A stretch of 56,187 nt of DNA, from assembly GCA_023231475.1 (NCBI GenBank), contig JALJEE010002061.1, forward strand, positions 62,001-118,187, read 5' to 3'. This DNA is from Seison nebaliae (taxonomy: Eukaryota). The notes under the pieces were generated by a model that saw only the letters and a program-made list of their open reading frames with translations, was not told where the DNA came from and made no database searches. Shown piece after piece: positions 1-12,957 of this stretch (positions are counted from its first letter, which is position 1; each line of letters opens with the position of its first letter). Position numbers and translations under genes: made by a program.

Positions 1-2975
1 TGAACCAGAAATTTTCAACGATATGAAAGGATTGAATAGATGGAACGATCAATATTCTCCCAATTCCTCCACATCTTCTCTCACTGATTACATTATTCGC
101 TCTTCATCAATTAATCAAAAGTTTGTTGTGGATTCTGTTTTTCTTTTTCTCCCCACTATCTAACCATTGTAGCTGAAGGACTTTCTTTCATTTTACTTTC
201 ATTTAAAAGAAAATTTTCTTTTTTTACTTTCCTTTTTCCCCAACCGCTCCCCGAAAAAATTACCCAAATCTTTTATTAGCTAGCTTGAATTCATCTTGTT
301 CATCGAAAATCGATCGAATTAAATTCAAATTGACATCCTTCCTTCAACTTTTCCATAGGTTGACGATGAAAAGTGAAGAATCAGAAGAGACTCCAATAGA
401 ACGACGAAGTGAATTATATCAATTACAATCCATCTCTCAAACGGCCAAAAGACGAGAATTATTATTGAATAATAATAAAGAATTTGATGACGAAGAAGTG
501 GAACGTCGTCCGCCCGACTTGAAGAAGATAACACCACCGAAAGATATAAAAACCGAATATGACAACGATCCTCAACAACGTTTACCCGACGTCATTCGAC
601 ATGACGATGAATTGAATGAAGATCTAGTGTTCAATACGGCTCAATCTCGAATCGCCCAATATCAACGAACAACAGAAGAAGAGAATAATAAAATGAGAAA
701 TACAAAGAACTTTATCGAAGGAGAATTGGTTGATGCGGCATTGACGAAAAACCGTTTGAAACAATTTGAAAATTCGAAATTTCAATCCTCTTCTCCATCC
801 ACTCCAACATCAACTGCATTAGATGAATTGAAAGCATTGAAAGGAAAGAAAGATTTCGTATTTTCTAAAATTATACAACGTCGTGAAATTACCGAACAAC
901 CGCCAGTAGTAGGGAGTGGAAATATTGAGGATAATGAAAATTATTTGAATGACGAAGATCGTCCACCAGAAGGAATTGCCAAAGAGAATTTGGAGAAATT
1001 TACAAATTATGAGAAACATCAATCACCTCCGAAAAAATCGATTGTGACGATTCCAGTTGCAACGAATGGTGAAAATAAATTATCATACGAATCGACACCA
1101 ATTGAACGAGATCCCACAATCATATCAGAAGAAACGAAGCCAACCGATATTATTCCTCAAAAAGGTTCAGTTTCTCTTCTATTTTTTTCTTTTTCCTAAA
1201 AAATTTTGTGTGCTTTTCGTAAAATTAATCATCTGATTATAATTTGTGTTTGACTTTATCATTTTTATTCTTTCCCCACCCGTCAATTCGACTTTAACGG
1301 AATCAGGTTTCACTAAACAATTATTATCCAAATGGAATTCGATGACTAATTTATCGTCATCGATATCGATCTCAAATTCATATCAGAAATCGAGTAGCTC
1401 GAATGAGAATGATAATAATGAAACGATAAAAACATCAAATAAAACAAATTTAGTTTCCAATAAATTATCAACGTCAACATCCGTTCTATTTAACGGGAAC
1501 AATAATAATGAGATGAATGTTCAAGAACCCAATCGACGAACATTTAAACATTCAATTGTGACACCAATGAATCCCTTGAAAATTGATCGTCGCTCCTCAC
1601 TTTATCATTACTCACAGACCACACCATTAAATGTTGTGAAGTTGAATGAGAATGAAAATGAGAATAGTCTCCCATCAACAAATGACGAAAGTGAATTACC
1701 ACCGAAAGGTACTAACTACTGTTTTTTCTTTTTGTTTCGTTCTAAATTCACTGCTAATTTTTTTCCTTTTCCTAACGAAAAAAATATTAAATTTCCCAAA
1801 AAAAATTAATTTCCTGTTGAAAACTTTCTCTATTCCTGTTGTGATGACACGTGTACGAAAACGTACGTTTGTTTTACGGTTTCATTTATTTCTTTTTCCC
1901 ATTTTATAGGTACAACCAAAAATCTACTTAACAGATTTAATCAAATTGATGATTCTTCAATCAGTTCACCTCTTTCCCCATCTGTTCCCAACAAAAGAAA
2001 GAATAGTTCCAATTTCTTCAATTTCCAAACAGATAACGAGCCGATGGTGAATGAAGAATTAGACATGTCAAAAAAATTATATGTTCCTTTTCTTCATGTT
2101 CCCCCATTTTTGAATTTTTATGTATTTTAGACGAATGATGTAATCGATATCGAGAGAGGTAAAACCAAATCATTATTACAGAAATTTACTGATGTTCCCG
2201 TTTCAACTGAGACGAATGTTCACAAGAAGAAATTATTTACACCACCAAGAGAAACGGAAACGAAAGTTCTCTTCGAATCGCAACCGACACCATCGACAAT
2301 TATGGAGGAAACGATGACGAAAGAAGATATCATTCCGTTGAAAGGAAGTGCGCAAGTTTTGAGAAACAAATGGCAAAATCTTCAAAAAGAAGACAAAAAA
2401 GTAAAAACGACAACAGGTCGATATATTCCGAAACGATTCACATCTACTACGAATCCGTCTGCAATACGCAACGGAAACAAGACAATGCCACTGGTGGAGA
2501 AGTGTTGTAGTTGTGAGAAAACGGTTTATGCAATGGAAAGAATAGAAACTGATAAGCGTGTCTATCACAAACAATGTTTCCGATGTTCTCATTGCAAATC
2601 GGCATTAAAGTTTTTCATTTTTATTATTAGAGAAAATTTCGCTAAATTTAATCGATTATTTTTATTCTGCTCCAAAACGATTTCTTTCCTGATTCTTTCG
2701 GACATTATATTAGAGTTGGGAGATTTGCTGCAATTGGTGGGAATTTGTACTGCATTCCTCATTATCAACAGATGTTTCGTTTGAGAGGGAAATATGAGGA
2801 GAATGATCTCACACGATTATCCATCGATCACACGCTGTCAAATACTTCATCTACTCCTCCAACTAATGTCGCTGTACCTGATCTATTGGAACATGTGAAT
2901 GAACCGGATCGTTTAACAATCGATCCACATCCACATATTATTAGTAGTACTGCTGCATCTGCTATCATTCAATAA
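1..2975 (+). CDS. LIM-domain actin-binding protein (EPLIN/LIMA1/LIMD2/XIRP2-like), multi-exon, 5' end outside window
   Basis: Frame-consistent GT-AG exon model: <1-120, 359-1164, 1307-1708, 1910-2082 (or donor at 2047), 2131-2609, 2714-2975(TAA). Splicing 2610-2713 completes a LIM domain CCSCEKTVYAMERIETDKRVYHKQCFRCSHCKSALKVGRFAAIGGNLYCIPHYQQMFRLRGKYEE. The 'HYxQxFxxxGxY' tail is typical of the EPLIN/LIMD2 group. Confidence 0.85.
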
Positions 2976-3591
2976 ACTGTATTGACAACTTGTTCCTCCT
3001 CCACATGAGAATCATTCGATTTAATTAAAAGAATTCCTATTTTTCTTTATCCCACAAATAATACCAGCTGCAAAGAGGATAAAAATTCTCTCTATTCTAT
3101 CCTATTCTATTTCATCCTTCTTTTACTTTTTCCACCCGAAAATCTTACATAATTTTACGATTATACTTCTCCGTTTTCTTTCTTCATTGTTTTGTTCATT
3201 ATAAATGAGAATGTCAAATGAATTAATTTCTAACAAAACGCAACAATTTCTTTTGTCAATATCATTCTTATGATTCTGATGATTTTTCTTTGTTTATTAA
3301 TGATATTATTAATTATGTTTCTCCTTCTTCGTTTTGAATTTATTCATGTTTTTTTCTAGGAATCTTTCACAGGAAAATTCCGTTTCAATATCATCATTTT
3401 TTCATCATCATTCACTTCTTTTTTTAATAGACAAACTAAAAAAATTTATCCTTCGCTAAACTCCGGATAGTTATTGATAATTAGATATTATTCTAAGAAA
3501 TTTCTAATAGATAAATAACATGCTAATCTTAAAGATTCATTCGATTCATGTGTCTAAAAACCATTCGCAACTCTAATTTTATTCTCGATAA

Positions 3592-3753
<162 letters not shown>

Positions 3754-6700
3754 TGAAATGTACATATCATCTTAATTAAATTTATTTCTTTATTATTTGT
3801 GAGTCGTCGAAAGAAATTTTAAAAATTTTTTTTTCTTTCCTATAAATTTTTATGTTAATCTACAATCAATTAATCATTTGTTATTCATCATAACATTCTC
3901 AAACAAACCGTTCACGTGAGAATTGAGGAATACATCGAATGAGATAAATAATTTGATAAATCGAAATTTTTCGATATTAGTAGGTCATTTGTTAGTTGTG
4001 AATTCGATTAACTTCTAAATATTTATCAAAACATTTTTCACTTAACATCCATTTTTCCTTCTTCTCAATTGAATTTAATTGACGGAGTTCATATTATTTG
4101 AATATCTCTTGGCAATTCCTTCACATTAACAATATTCATTATTGAGAATGAGAAAAGTGAGAATATTCTGTTATCGAAATATTCCGTAATGTCTTCTTTA
4201 TCGGAGTATTAGTTCTATCCATTGATTTGTGAAATTTAATTGAATTGAACTACATTCTTTCTCAAATGACATTCGTAATGTAATCGATGTAGTATAATAG
4301 AAAAACGAGAGACAAGTTGAGATTCGATTAAATTAGTTCCAGGTCAACTGATGATCAGATGAGAGCTCTTTTATTTATCAGATAATCTGGATGTTATGCA
4401 ACTGTCGAAATATATTTGAAGAGGAAGACATATCGATTATATAATCACAGCATGCCATTCAATAATAACAGAGATAATAATGGAGAAAGAGTAACGATAA
4501 GAAGAAACGATCTTCAAGAGACACAACTCATTGTCGAACATAGACAATGAGAACGGATGTGAACGTGCTGAGAATATGAAAGAAAAAAATGTTCGAATTT
4601 CATAAAATATGAAGAACATTATTACTTAACATTCTGGTAGTATTGTGACGATGAATACGATTTGTTCGTAAAGGAGGAGGATAAAAAAAGAAGGATGTGT
4701 TTAAGGTGAATCCTTATTTCTCTCACGTATGTTACTCATCTGATACTTTCAATAATTAGAGGTAGGTATTGTTCATTTTTTGTGATGGAAATGATTCTTT
4801 CCTCCTCCTCCTTCTCCTCCTCCTCCTCCTCCTGCGTCTCTTCTCTTAGTTTCGAGCAGGAATTTATTCATCGGAATAATTCATTCATCAAATGATTCTA
4901 ATAACATTACGTAAAAAGAGGAACAAGTTAAATTATCATTAAATTCTCAGACATTTATAGGACTTTCTCTTTCACAGCCATATTTGTCGCATTTCTCAGT
5001 GGCATCATATGATGATGGTGAGTAATATCGGTAAATGATTAATGAATTTTTGCGAGTAAGCAATTCATCAATAAACCTTATTTTACCATTCAGTTAATGC
5101 CATCAGTATTCAATCATATGGAATTTGTCGCCGCAGGCTGTTGACTCACAAATAATCGTAACTGCTTCTCTTTAACGGGAACACAGATGGCACATGACAT
5201 CAGTCATGTTACTGCTACCTTGGTAAGTTTGTTGATACATAAAACGAATTCATCCGTCTCCGTTCCAAATCTCATCACTGATGCCTTTCCAGTTTCCTTA
5301 TTCCGCATTTTTCTCGTTATTGCCTCGCATTCCTGTTTTCGCGAGGGGCTGGGCTATCGATCTGCCAATAAACTTTCTTCATCCTCCCTCTCATTCCTCA
5401 TTCTTCTCTCACATTTTATATGTTTTATTCGCATTCGTTCACTAATGAGATGTGGAACTATTGCGGTGGAAGAATGGCGAATTAATCGGCCGGTTTCTCT
5501 AATAAAATTCCATGATTACCATTATCATTATTATGACGGTGATGTGAGGAAGATGAAGAGGAAAGGAATGACGATTTCCATTTGTGAGTAGTTCTCGAAT
5601 GAATATGTCGATTGATGAGAGATGAATCAAATTTACATGAATCACCACATAAATAAGAAGTGTTATTGTTTATTCGGCCATTATGATGAGGTTTTTCTTT
5701 CTCGACGGATGATCGACAATTGAACGGAAACATATTTGCATCAATCATCTCACACGGAATATTGATGGATAGTTACGACATCGATTAAATTGTTTCTTCT
5801 TCATTATTTCTTCCTATTCTTATTCTAATTTTGATCTTTACTACAAAATTTATCTTCTATTTAATCGAAATTATCTTCATTCATCCCTTGTTCATTATCT
5901 TCCATTATGAATTGGAGAAAATGATTCGAGATATTTCCGTCTTTCCCCAAAGAACAACTTCACGGGAAACGACTGAGGGTAAACAATTTCTTTATCCTAA
6001 AAACTTTTACCACTGCAACCATTTAGAGTCTAAATTTTAGACTAATCATCACTCATCATCATTATCATCTTAGGAGGAATTGGAGTGAGAATGGATAGCG
6101 CCAGAAGAAAAATAAACAATTGGAACGAATTTTTCACAAAGTGTTTACTACTTCTAATCACCACTTGCTTTATCGTCAGCCCATGAGAGCATCACTTCAT
6201 CCATTGTCTGTTATTTTCATTTGATTGTTGACGATAATAATAATGATTTTAGAACCAGCACTACTTTTCCAAGAAATTACTCATCAAACATCCATTCACG
6301 ATGAATAATGAGAGAATTCTTATTCCACATCATACTAGATTATTCTTCACCAATTTCTCATCTTTTCTTTCCTTCTATTATCATCATCTTCGTCTACTAT
6401 TGTTCCATTCATTTTCATTCATATTATCAACATTCCTTCTCCAAACACTCTGATAAAATATTCAGTTTCCTACATCAAATTCTATTCCTTATCTCCGTCG
6501 GTTCTCCTGATTTACTTATTCTCTCCTTTTCCATTTTCAATCACCCTCATCAAATATTTTCATAAATCTCTCCACATCAAAATAAATCGGAAAATAAATT
6601 CTTGAATTATGATACCAATTAAAATTCAATTCGATACCATTAGGCTTAGCAGAACGACAAATATTCGAAGAATTCCCTTCAACTCCATTTCAATTAATCC

Positions 6701-9700
6701 GATGATGGTCATGGCGATTAAATCCATACGCTTCTTCTTCATCTCTCCCTCAATCTCTCCCTCAATTTATCAAAAAAAGAAACAAACTGGTTTTGACCAC
6801 TAGAATAATTATCAACATCGTTAAGCATCAATGAATGGATAGAAATCGTTAATGAGTTAAGAAATATTTATAGTGTCAATTTCTATCCATTCTACATTTC
6901 CAATGCGCTTGTACCGAACGTTGACAATCAATTTCCATGTATCTTTTCCTTTCGACTTCTAACCTCTTCCCGCCATCCAAGCGTGCTAATTATTAACAAG
7001 TCAAAGTGTTCCTCTGGTTCGAATATAATACTCAAAATGGAAAGTGACCCTTATCGTCTCACTTTACGAGTTTCTGGGTCGTCAACTGATTGTCGACTTT
7101 TATTTTTCTATCTACCAAATTATTTTCTTCTTTCCATATGTAATTATAATAATTGATCATTAACTCCCAACAAATTCCCTCATAACTTTACACGAACGTC
7201 TCATTTCCACCAAAAGATTTTTCCGGAAAACGAATTGGCCAAATTAGAATATTTACTTCACCCTTCCACCAAACGACTTGTTGAAGTGTTATTCCTTTAA
7301 AAGTTACTGTTCTGTGAGATCAATTCGTGTTATCGGAATAACAACATTCGAACTTCTCTTAACCAAATTGACACCGACTTATTTCGGCGCATTCTTTTCA
7401 TTGTTTTGTGAAATGCAAATAATTTCTGTCACAGCACATATATTTTTCGAAGAAAGAGGATTAAGAAAGAATGAATTTCGTTGAGAAACCTAATCTTTTC
7501 CATCAATATAATCAACGACCTTCTCCTCATCAATGTTGAGTAGCTAATTTTTGAAGTAGGAAGAAGGAATGTCGCATAAAAATTGACACTGATGAGCTTA
7601 GTGAAGAGGCCGTATTTGAAGTGATGGCAATCAGTCGATCGTACCATATTCTCTATCAATGAGATTCTTATGCTAATCAGGTTATATTCCGAGAAAATCT
7701 TCGTGATCAGTTGAGCAGATGCTTCGAATTTAATATGATACTATCTTATGGTAAATTCAATATGTAACGGATGAAATAATATTGATCGTTTTTCAATGAA
7801 CGATTTGCGAATTATCAATTATAACTTTCGGTTTTTGCCTATGTTTGGGGAAGGAGAATTGATAATCCCAAGTTGCTTGTCATTATTATTTATGCAAATT
7901 AATTATTCTTTATCGATAATACCCTCGATTTGATCTTTTTATTTGATAGGATGCCATTGAAATCGATAAACATCTTCCTACTTAACCTCTCCAAGAATTT
8001 ATTATAGTTTTGTTTCTCCACCTATTCTATTCATCTATTTTTATGCAGATGAATAACAATCGTTCTGATGACTGAAAGAAGTCGAAGAAATGAATCTAAA
8101 TAATTTATGTACGATAACTTCTATTACTTTATTCACAATTGTTTGTGGTCTTTCTCTCATAAGTCTCCTCCTCCTCTTCTTCACATACGTGTAGTAGAAG
8201 CTATTCGATCAGATATGAAGATTTCCGATAGAATTCTTAACAAAAATTCAAGTTTGGAATAAAAGAATATAACGGAAAAGGTTAAACTCCAACCACAATA
8301 CTCCCACTAATAAGTTCAACTAATACACATAATTGGAGGTGAATTCTGATGCAAAACTAATAGTCACATCAATTCTGCTCGATTCCATTGTATGTCGTTC
8401 AAATAAATCGAACAATCGACATCAACTTTTTCGTCCTCAGAACCAACGTGATGACAATAAGTAGAGCTGATTTAACTGAGACATCGGACAGTCATTTTTC
8501 AATTGTAAATTGCACGAAACATTCTCATCATAATTCTTCACGATAATTTTCTATTCCCTTATTATTTGCTTTACTAATTCATCGTGTCTCCAGATGAATA
8601 TGGCGATAACATAAATAAATAGAATTTAATAAGGAATATCGGAAAATGAAATTAATGTTAGAAAAATTATTTCTCTTTTTTTCTGTTCGATGTGTCAACA
8701 TTCTTCTTTGGTTCGATCGAATACTTTTCTCATTTCATACTCGAGTCCCGAGTGAATTCTCCATTGGATTTCATATAGAAAGGATGCCATATAACGATTC
8801 TACATCCTAAACAAACTGAAAATGTTCAACGCACCATTCTCTTAATAATGTTGTCCGTTCTATTTAAAAAAAAAATAAGAGGAAAATATGATTCGATTTC
8901 TGATAATTAAATAAAAACATCGTTGTTGTTGATTAATTGGTTTGATAAGTGAATCAGCTTTCAATAACTTTCAATTCACTTCGAATTTCCCTTTCTTTCG
9001 GTCCTTCTCACCCTACCACCTCTTTCTATCAATCAATCACTTTTTTTCACTATAAACTTCGTTTTCTGTCGATCATATCTTCGATTCATATCAACTTTAC
9101 TTCCGTTTTTATCAATTTCTTATCAGAAACTAAATGGTGAAATTAACGAGAACAATTTTGTCTGGTCGATTGCATCGGTGGTCTATTCATATTTTCCCTA
9201 CATGTTTTCGTCAATCAAACTTTGAAGGAGGAAGTCAACTTTCATTTAAGCAGAAGGAGTTGTATTAATTGATTGTATAAGAATATATAAGAGAAATTCT
9301 TAAGAATTCTCCCAATTTTTCCTTCTCCCGTCCATTCACCAAGAAACAGTCTTTCAATATTTCTTCTTTTCTTCTGATCAATCGATCTGATATGTCAAAT
9401 AAACGGTCAGCATAATACGAAATATGTCGACGATTGATGATGTAATAATTTTCCGTTTTTTTTAGTTTTGATGAAAGACAAACATCATTTCTTTCACATT
9501 TTCATCCGACGATAGTTGATTGAAAAGAGAAATTATTCTTCTTTGATTATTTGTCGACAAAAATTTTTTCGTTATTATCATAATTGTTTCCATTATCGAA
9601 TGACAAATGAGAAGGAGATGGAAATCAGCGAAAGGACAGTATATATTGGATAGATGGCGAAAGTAGAAGATGTTGGTGTAGAGAAAATCGAGCTTTATTT

Positions 9701-10424
9701 TCTCCATTTAAACAAAGATAAGGAAGTACGGATGATGTTGCCGGAAGAATTTGAATAACGTTCTTCAATTTCAGGTTGTAATATCAAATGATGGAGGAGT
9801 GAGGAACGACCTAGTCGAAGTGTCACAATTGGATCTTGATAAAATAACGTTAATGGTGATGTGAGATGGAAAAGATATTGATCAGACTTTAATTATCGTC
9901 ATCTTGATGATAATGATGATTATTATTATTTCTTAGATATATGACAATGATAAAGAGTTTAATGGGCGGGAGAAGACGGTACAAATGGGAGGAACAAAAT
10001 TGAAGAATTTCTTTCTTCGGAAAAAACTTTGTTCGCTTTAAGGAAATCATAGTCGTTCTTATGTCTTGTGTTTTCTCACTTCAATTAACTCGAATTACCG
10101 CCGTACAATTTGTGTCTTTAAACACGACATCATATGAGAATATTGTTTTCTTTTTCATAAATTCCAATTATCCTTCAATTAATATTCGGCACATTCTTTA
10201 ACGATTTTTTCTATTGACTTCGATTTTCCCACGTGTTATGATTTTAATTGACTAATTAAGATCAACCAGAGTCAACTGTATTAAAAACGGATTAATCTTT
10301 CATTACAACACTAAATCTTTCTTTTATCGATATTTCTTATTAGAATTCTTCCTGATATTCTGAAGGAAAATTTTTAAATTGTTTTTGGAAAAAGTTAGTT
10401 TCGGAATTCTCTCCAAAGAAAAAA

Positions 10425-12524
10425 ATGGAAAAGGATTTGGAGAAATTATTCTCTTGTCATTCCGAATCGACTAAACCGATATTGAAGGAGAATACTGATT
10501 CTTTTACTCACATTCAAAAAATCGAAGGCTCTCCAGTCGAACTGATGTGTAGTGTAGAAGCGTCGCCCGATACCATCATCACATGGTACCGAAATGATGA
10601 AGAGCAGTTGAGTAAAGGAATTGTGGCTGATTCGAAATCAAAAATTTATAAAATAGAAAGTGTTCACAAAGACGATGAAGGTGTCTACAGTTGTGAAACG
10701 AGGAATTGTAAAGGAAAACTGAAAATCATATTCAATTTGAGAGTTCAGGAAGCGATGATATTTGATCAGAAACATCTGAATATAGTTCGTACTAATATCG
10801 GAGAGATTGCATCATTACAATGTCGAGTGAAGAGTTTGATAAAACCGACAATTAAATGGTTAAGAAAAATTCAAATATCGAGTGACAATTTTGATCGTGA
10901 AAGAAATGATATAAGTTATATCGGATCGACGAATGATTTCCAATTACATGAATGGGAAATTTTAACTTATGGAAATGGAAAGATCAATGATCGATATACA
11001 ATTACATCATCATCAGGTTCATCGTCGACGGAGAGAAGTCGTCATCTCAAACAATTATCAGCGTATGATGAGAATTATGACGAATATTTTTATGATGATG
11101 GAAGTTCTTTGAATCGAATAACTAATTCTTATCATCATTATTCATCGGCAATCAAATTACATAACGTTCAAGAATCGGATGAAGGAATTTATGCTTGTCT
11201 CGCTGAAATATCGAACAGTGACTATAAATATCAATTGGCATATCTGGACGTCGATCAGAAGAGTAAGGAACAATTTCAATCAGAACCGAAAATTGTTCAT
11301 CGAATTCAAAGAGGAAAAAAGAAAATTCCAAAAATTAATGTGGTTCATTTTCGAGATATGGATGAAGTTGTTAAGCTTACTGAAACCACACAGAAACCGT
11401 TGATATCAAGTTTGAGAAGAAATCCTTCGTTAAATTATTTTTGGTTCGTCATTCCTATTCTAATCGCGATATTTGCTGCATTGGCAATGTTATTATATCG
11501 ATATCATCGGCATCAGAGAAATAATCGTAAAAGACAAAATTCCACGAAACGAACTTGTTGTTGTTCGAAAGGTTCAATATCATTACTATGCAATATTCAT
11601 TCGAATCGTCTTGACAAACAACATCATCAACAACAGCAACAACAACAACAGATTCTTGAACAAAGTATTTTAAATTGTAATAATAGTACCGGTTCCAGTA
11701 GTTTAGATTCGACAGAGAATGCTTCAAATTTATTTACGGCGAAAAAGTTTTATCAAATTTATAATTCTCAAAACAACAAAAACAACGATCATAATGGTAA
11801 TAATAAAGAAATGACATTCTCCCATACTTTAATGACAATACCTCAGGCGAGTTCTTATGTGGGAAGTGGAATTGGAACAATTGAGCAAAGATCGAAACGG
11901 TTAATGAAGAATCAGATGAAAACGAATTATGTGGCCGAGCCGGGAACTTATTTTCCTGTGACTACATTCAATGAAGTGGCGAAGAATCGCAATAATCTTT
12001 CATGTGATTCGATATCTCAAAAATGTTTTGTACGAAATTTCAATTTCCCAAATTATCATCAGAACAATCCCCAATGTCATCCTAATCCAAATATGAATAA
12101 CAATAACAATAATTCGGATGAGAATCCATATACTGACAATTCAAATCAAACTAATACGTATACTGAATGTTGTCCATCAATGCTCAATCATACCATGTCC
12201 ATGCACACTTCCATCACATCACCATATCTTCATAATAATAAATTCAATTACAACAACAACAATAATAACAACAACATTAATAATAATAATAATAATACGG
12301 ATAATGGTGGAGAACAATATTATCAGGAACCGGATACTATGGAAAGTTTAAATCGAGAGAGTGTATATGATGCAGAACAACCGTTGATTCAAAACCGGAT
12401 GAAGGAACAACAAGAATTTTGTGGCTCATCACAAGGCAATCAACGAAAGCAAATATCATCCATGAATGTTAATGAATTTACACCTTTCTGTCTTAGTCAA
12501 GCTGAACCGTTGGCTATTATCTAG
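10425..12524 (+). CDS. FGFR-like 1 / nou-darake-type receptor: two Ig domains, TM helix, low-complexity tail, no kinase (paralog A)
   Basis: 699-aa ORF. Ig motifs VELMC..ITWY..DEGVYSC and ASLQCRVKSLIKPTIKWLRKI..DEGIYAC, the latter resembling FGFRL1 D3 'QCKVRSDVKPVIQWLKRV'. TM FWFVIPILIAIFAALAMLLY is followed by a basic stop-transfer segment. The N/Q-rich tail has no kinase motifs. Confidence 0.8.
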   Translation: MEKDLEKLFSCHSESTKPILKENTDSFTHIQKIEGSPVELMCSVEASPDTIITWYRNDEEQLSKGIVADSKSKIYKIESVHKDDEGVYSCETRNCKGKLKIIFNLRVQEAMIFDQKHLNIVRTNIGEIASLQCRVKSLIKPTIKWLRKIQISSDNFDRERNDISYIGSTNDFQLHEWEILTYGNGKINDRYTITSSSGSSSTERSRHLKQLSAYDENYDEYFYDDGSSLNRITNSYHHYSSAIKLHNVQESDEGIYACLAEISNSDYKYQLAYLDVDQKSKEQFQSEPKIVHRIQRGKKKIPKINVVHFRDMDEVVKLTETTQKPLISSLRRNPSLNYFWFVIPILIAIFAALAMLLYRYHRHQRNNRKRQNSTKRTCCCSKGSISLLCNIHSNRLDKQHHQQQQQQQQILEQSILNCNNSTGSSSLDSTENASNLFTAKKFYQIYNSQNNKNNDHNGNNKEMTFSHTLMTIPQASSYVGSGIGTIEQRSKRLMKNQMKTNYVAEPGTYFPVTTFNEVAKNRNNLSCDSISQKCFVRNFNFPNYHQNNPQCHPNPNMNNNNNNSDENPYTDNSNQTNTYTECCPSMLNHTMSMHTSITSPYLHNNKFNYNNNNNNNNINNNNNNTDNGGEQYYQEPDTMESLNRESVYDAEQPLIQNRMKEQQEFCGSSQGNQRKQISSMNVNEFTPFCLSQAEPLAII

Positions 12525-12957
12525 TTTCTATTTCTTTTCAACAATGATCGTCTTTGTAATCATTTTCTCAGTTTCCTTTTTCATTAATTTCTTAATAAAA
12601 TTTCTAATTCCCCTAATTTCTCTTTCACAATACTCTTCCTTCAAATCAACAGATATAATCGCATAAATTGAATGTCGTGACATTTAGTTCTTTTAACAAC
12701 TATCCTAAGTGTATTCAGAAGTTTTAACAATTCGTATTAAGTCCAAATTTTATTAAAGTAATTCTCATGTTTTGTGTGAAAATAGCCATCGGTCAACAAT
12801 TATATAAATAATAATTTATTCGTAATAATTGGAAACATGCGAAATAAATTGCGGAAGTGAGAACTGAGTAAAAAGGAAAATAATAAATTTTCATTTGGAG
12901 GAAATTCGAAATTTGAGATAAACTCTAATAATAGGTGATGATGATAAAAATAAATGT

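Noticed and set aside
4969..4992. miR-2/13-like string tcacagccatatttgtcg
   Set aside because: No complementary 5' arm. It is equally explained as a splice-acceptor-like ttcacag.
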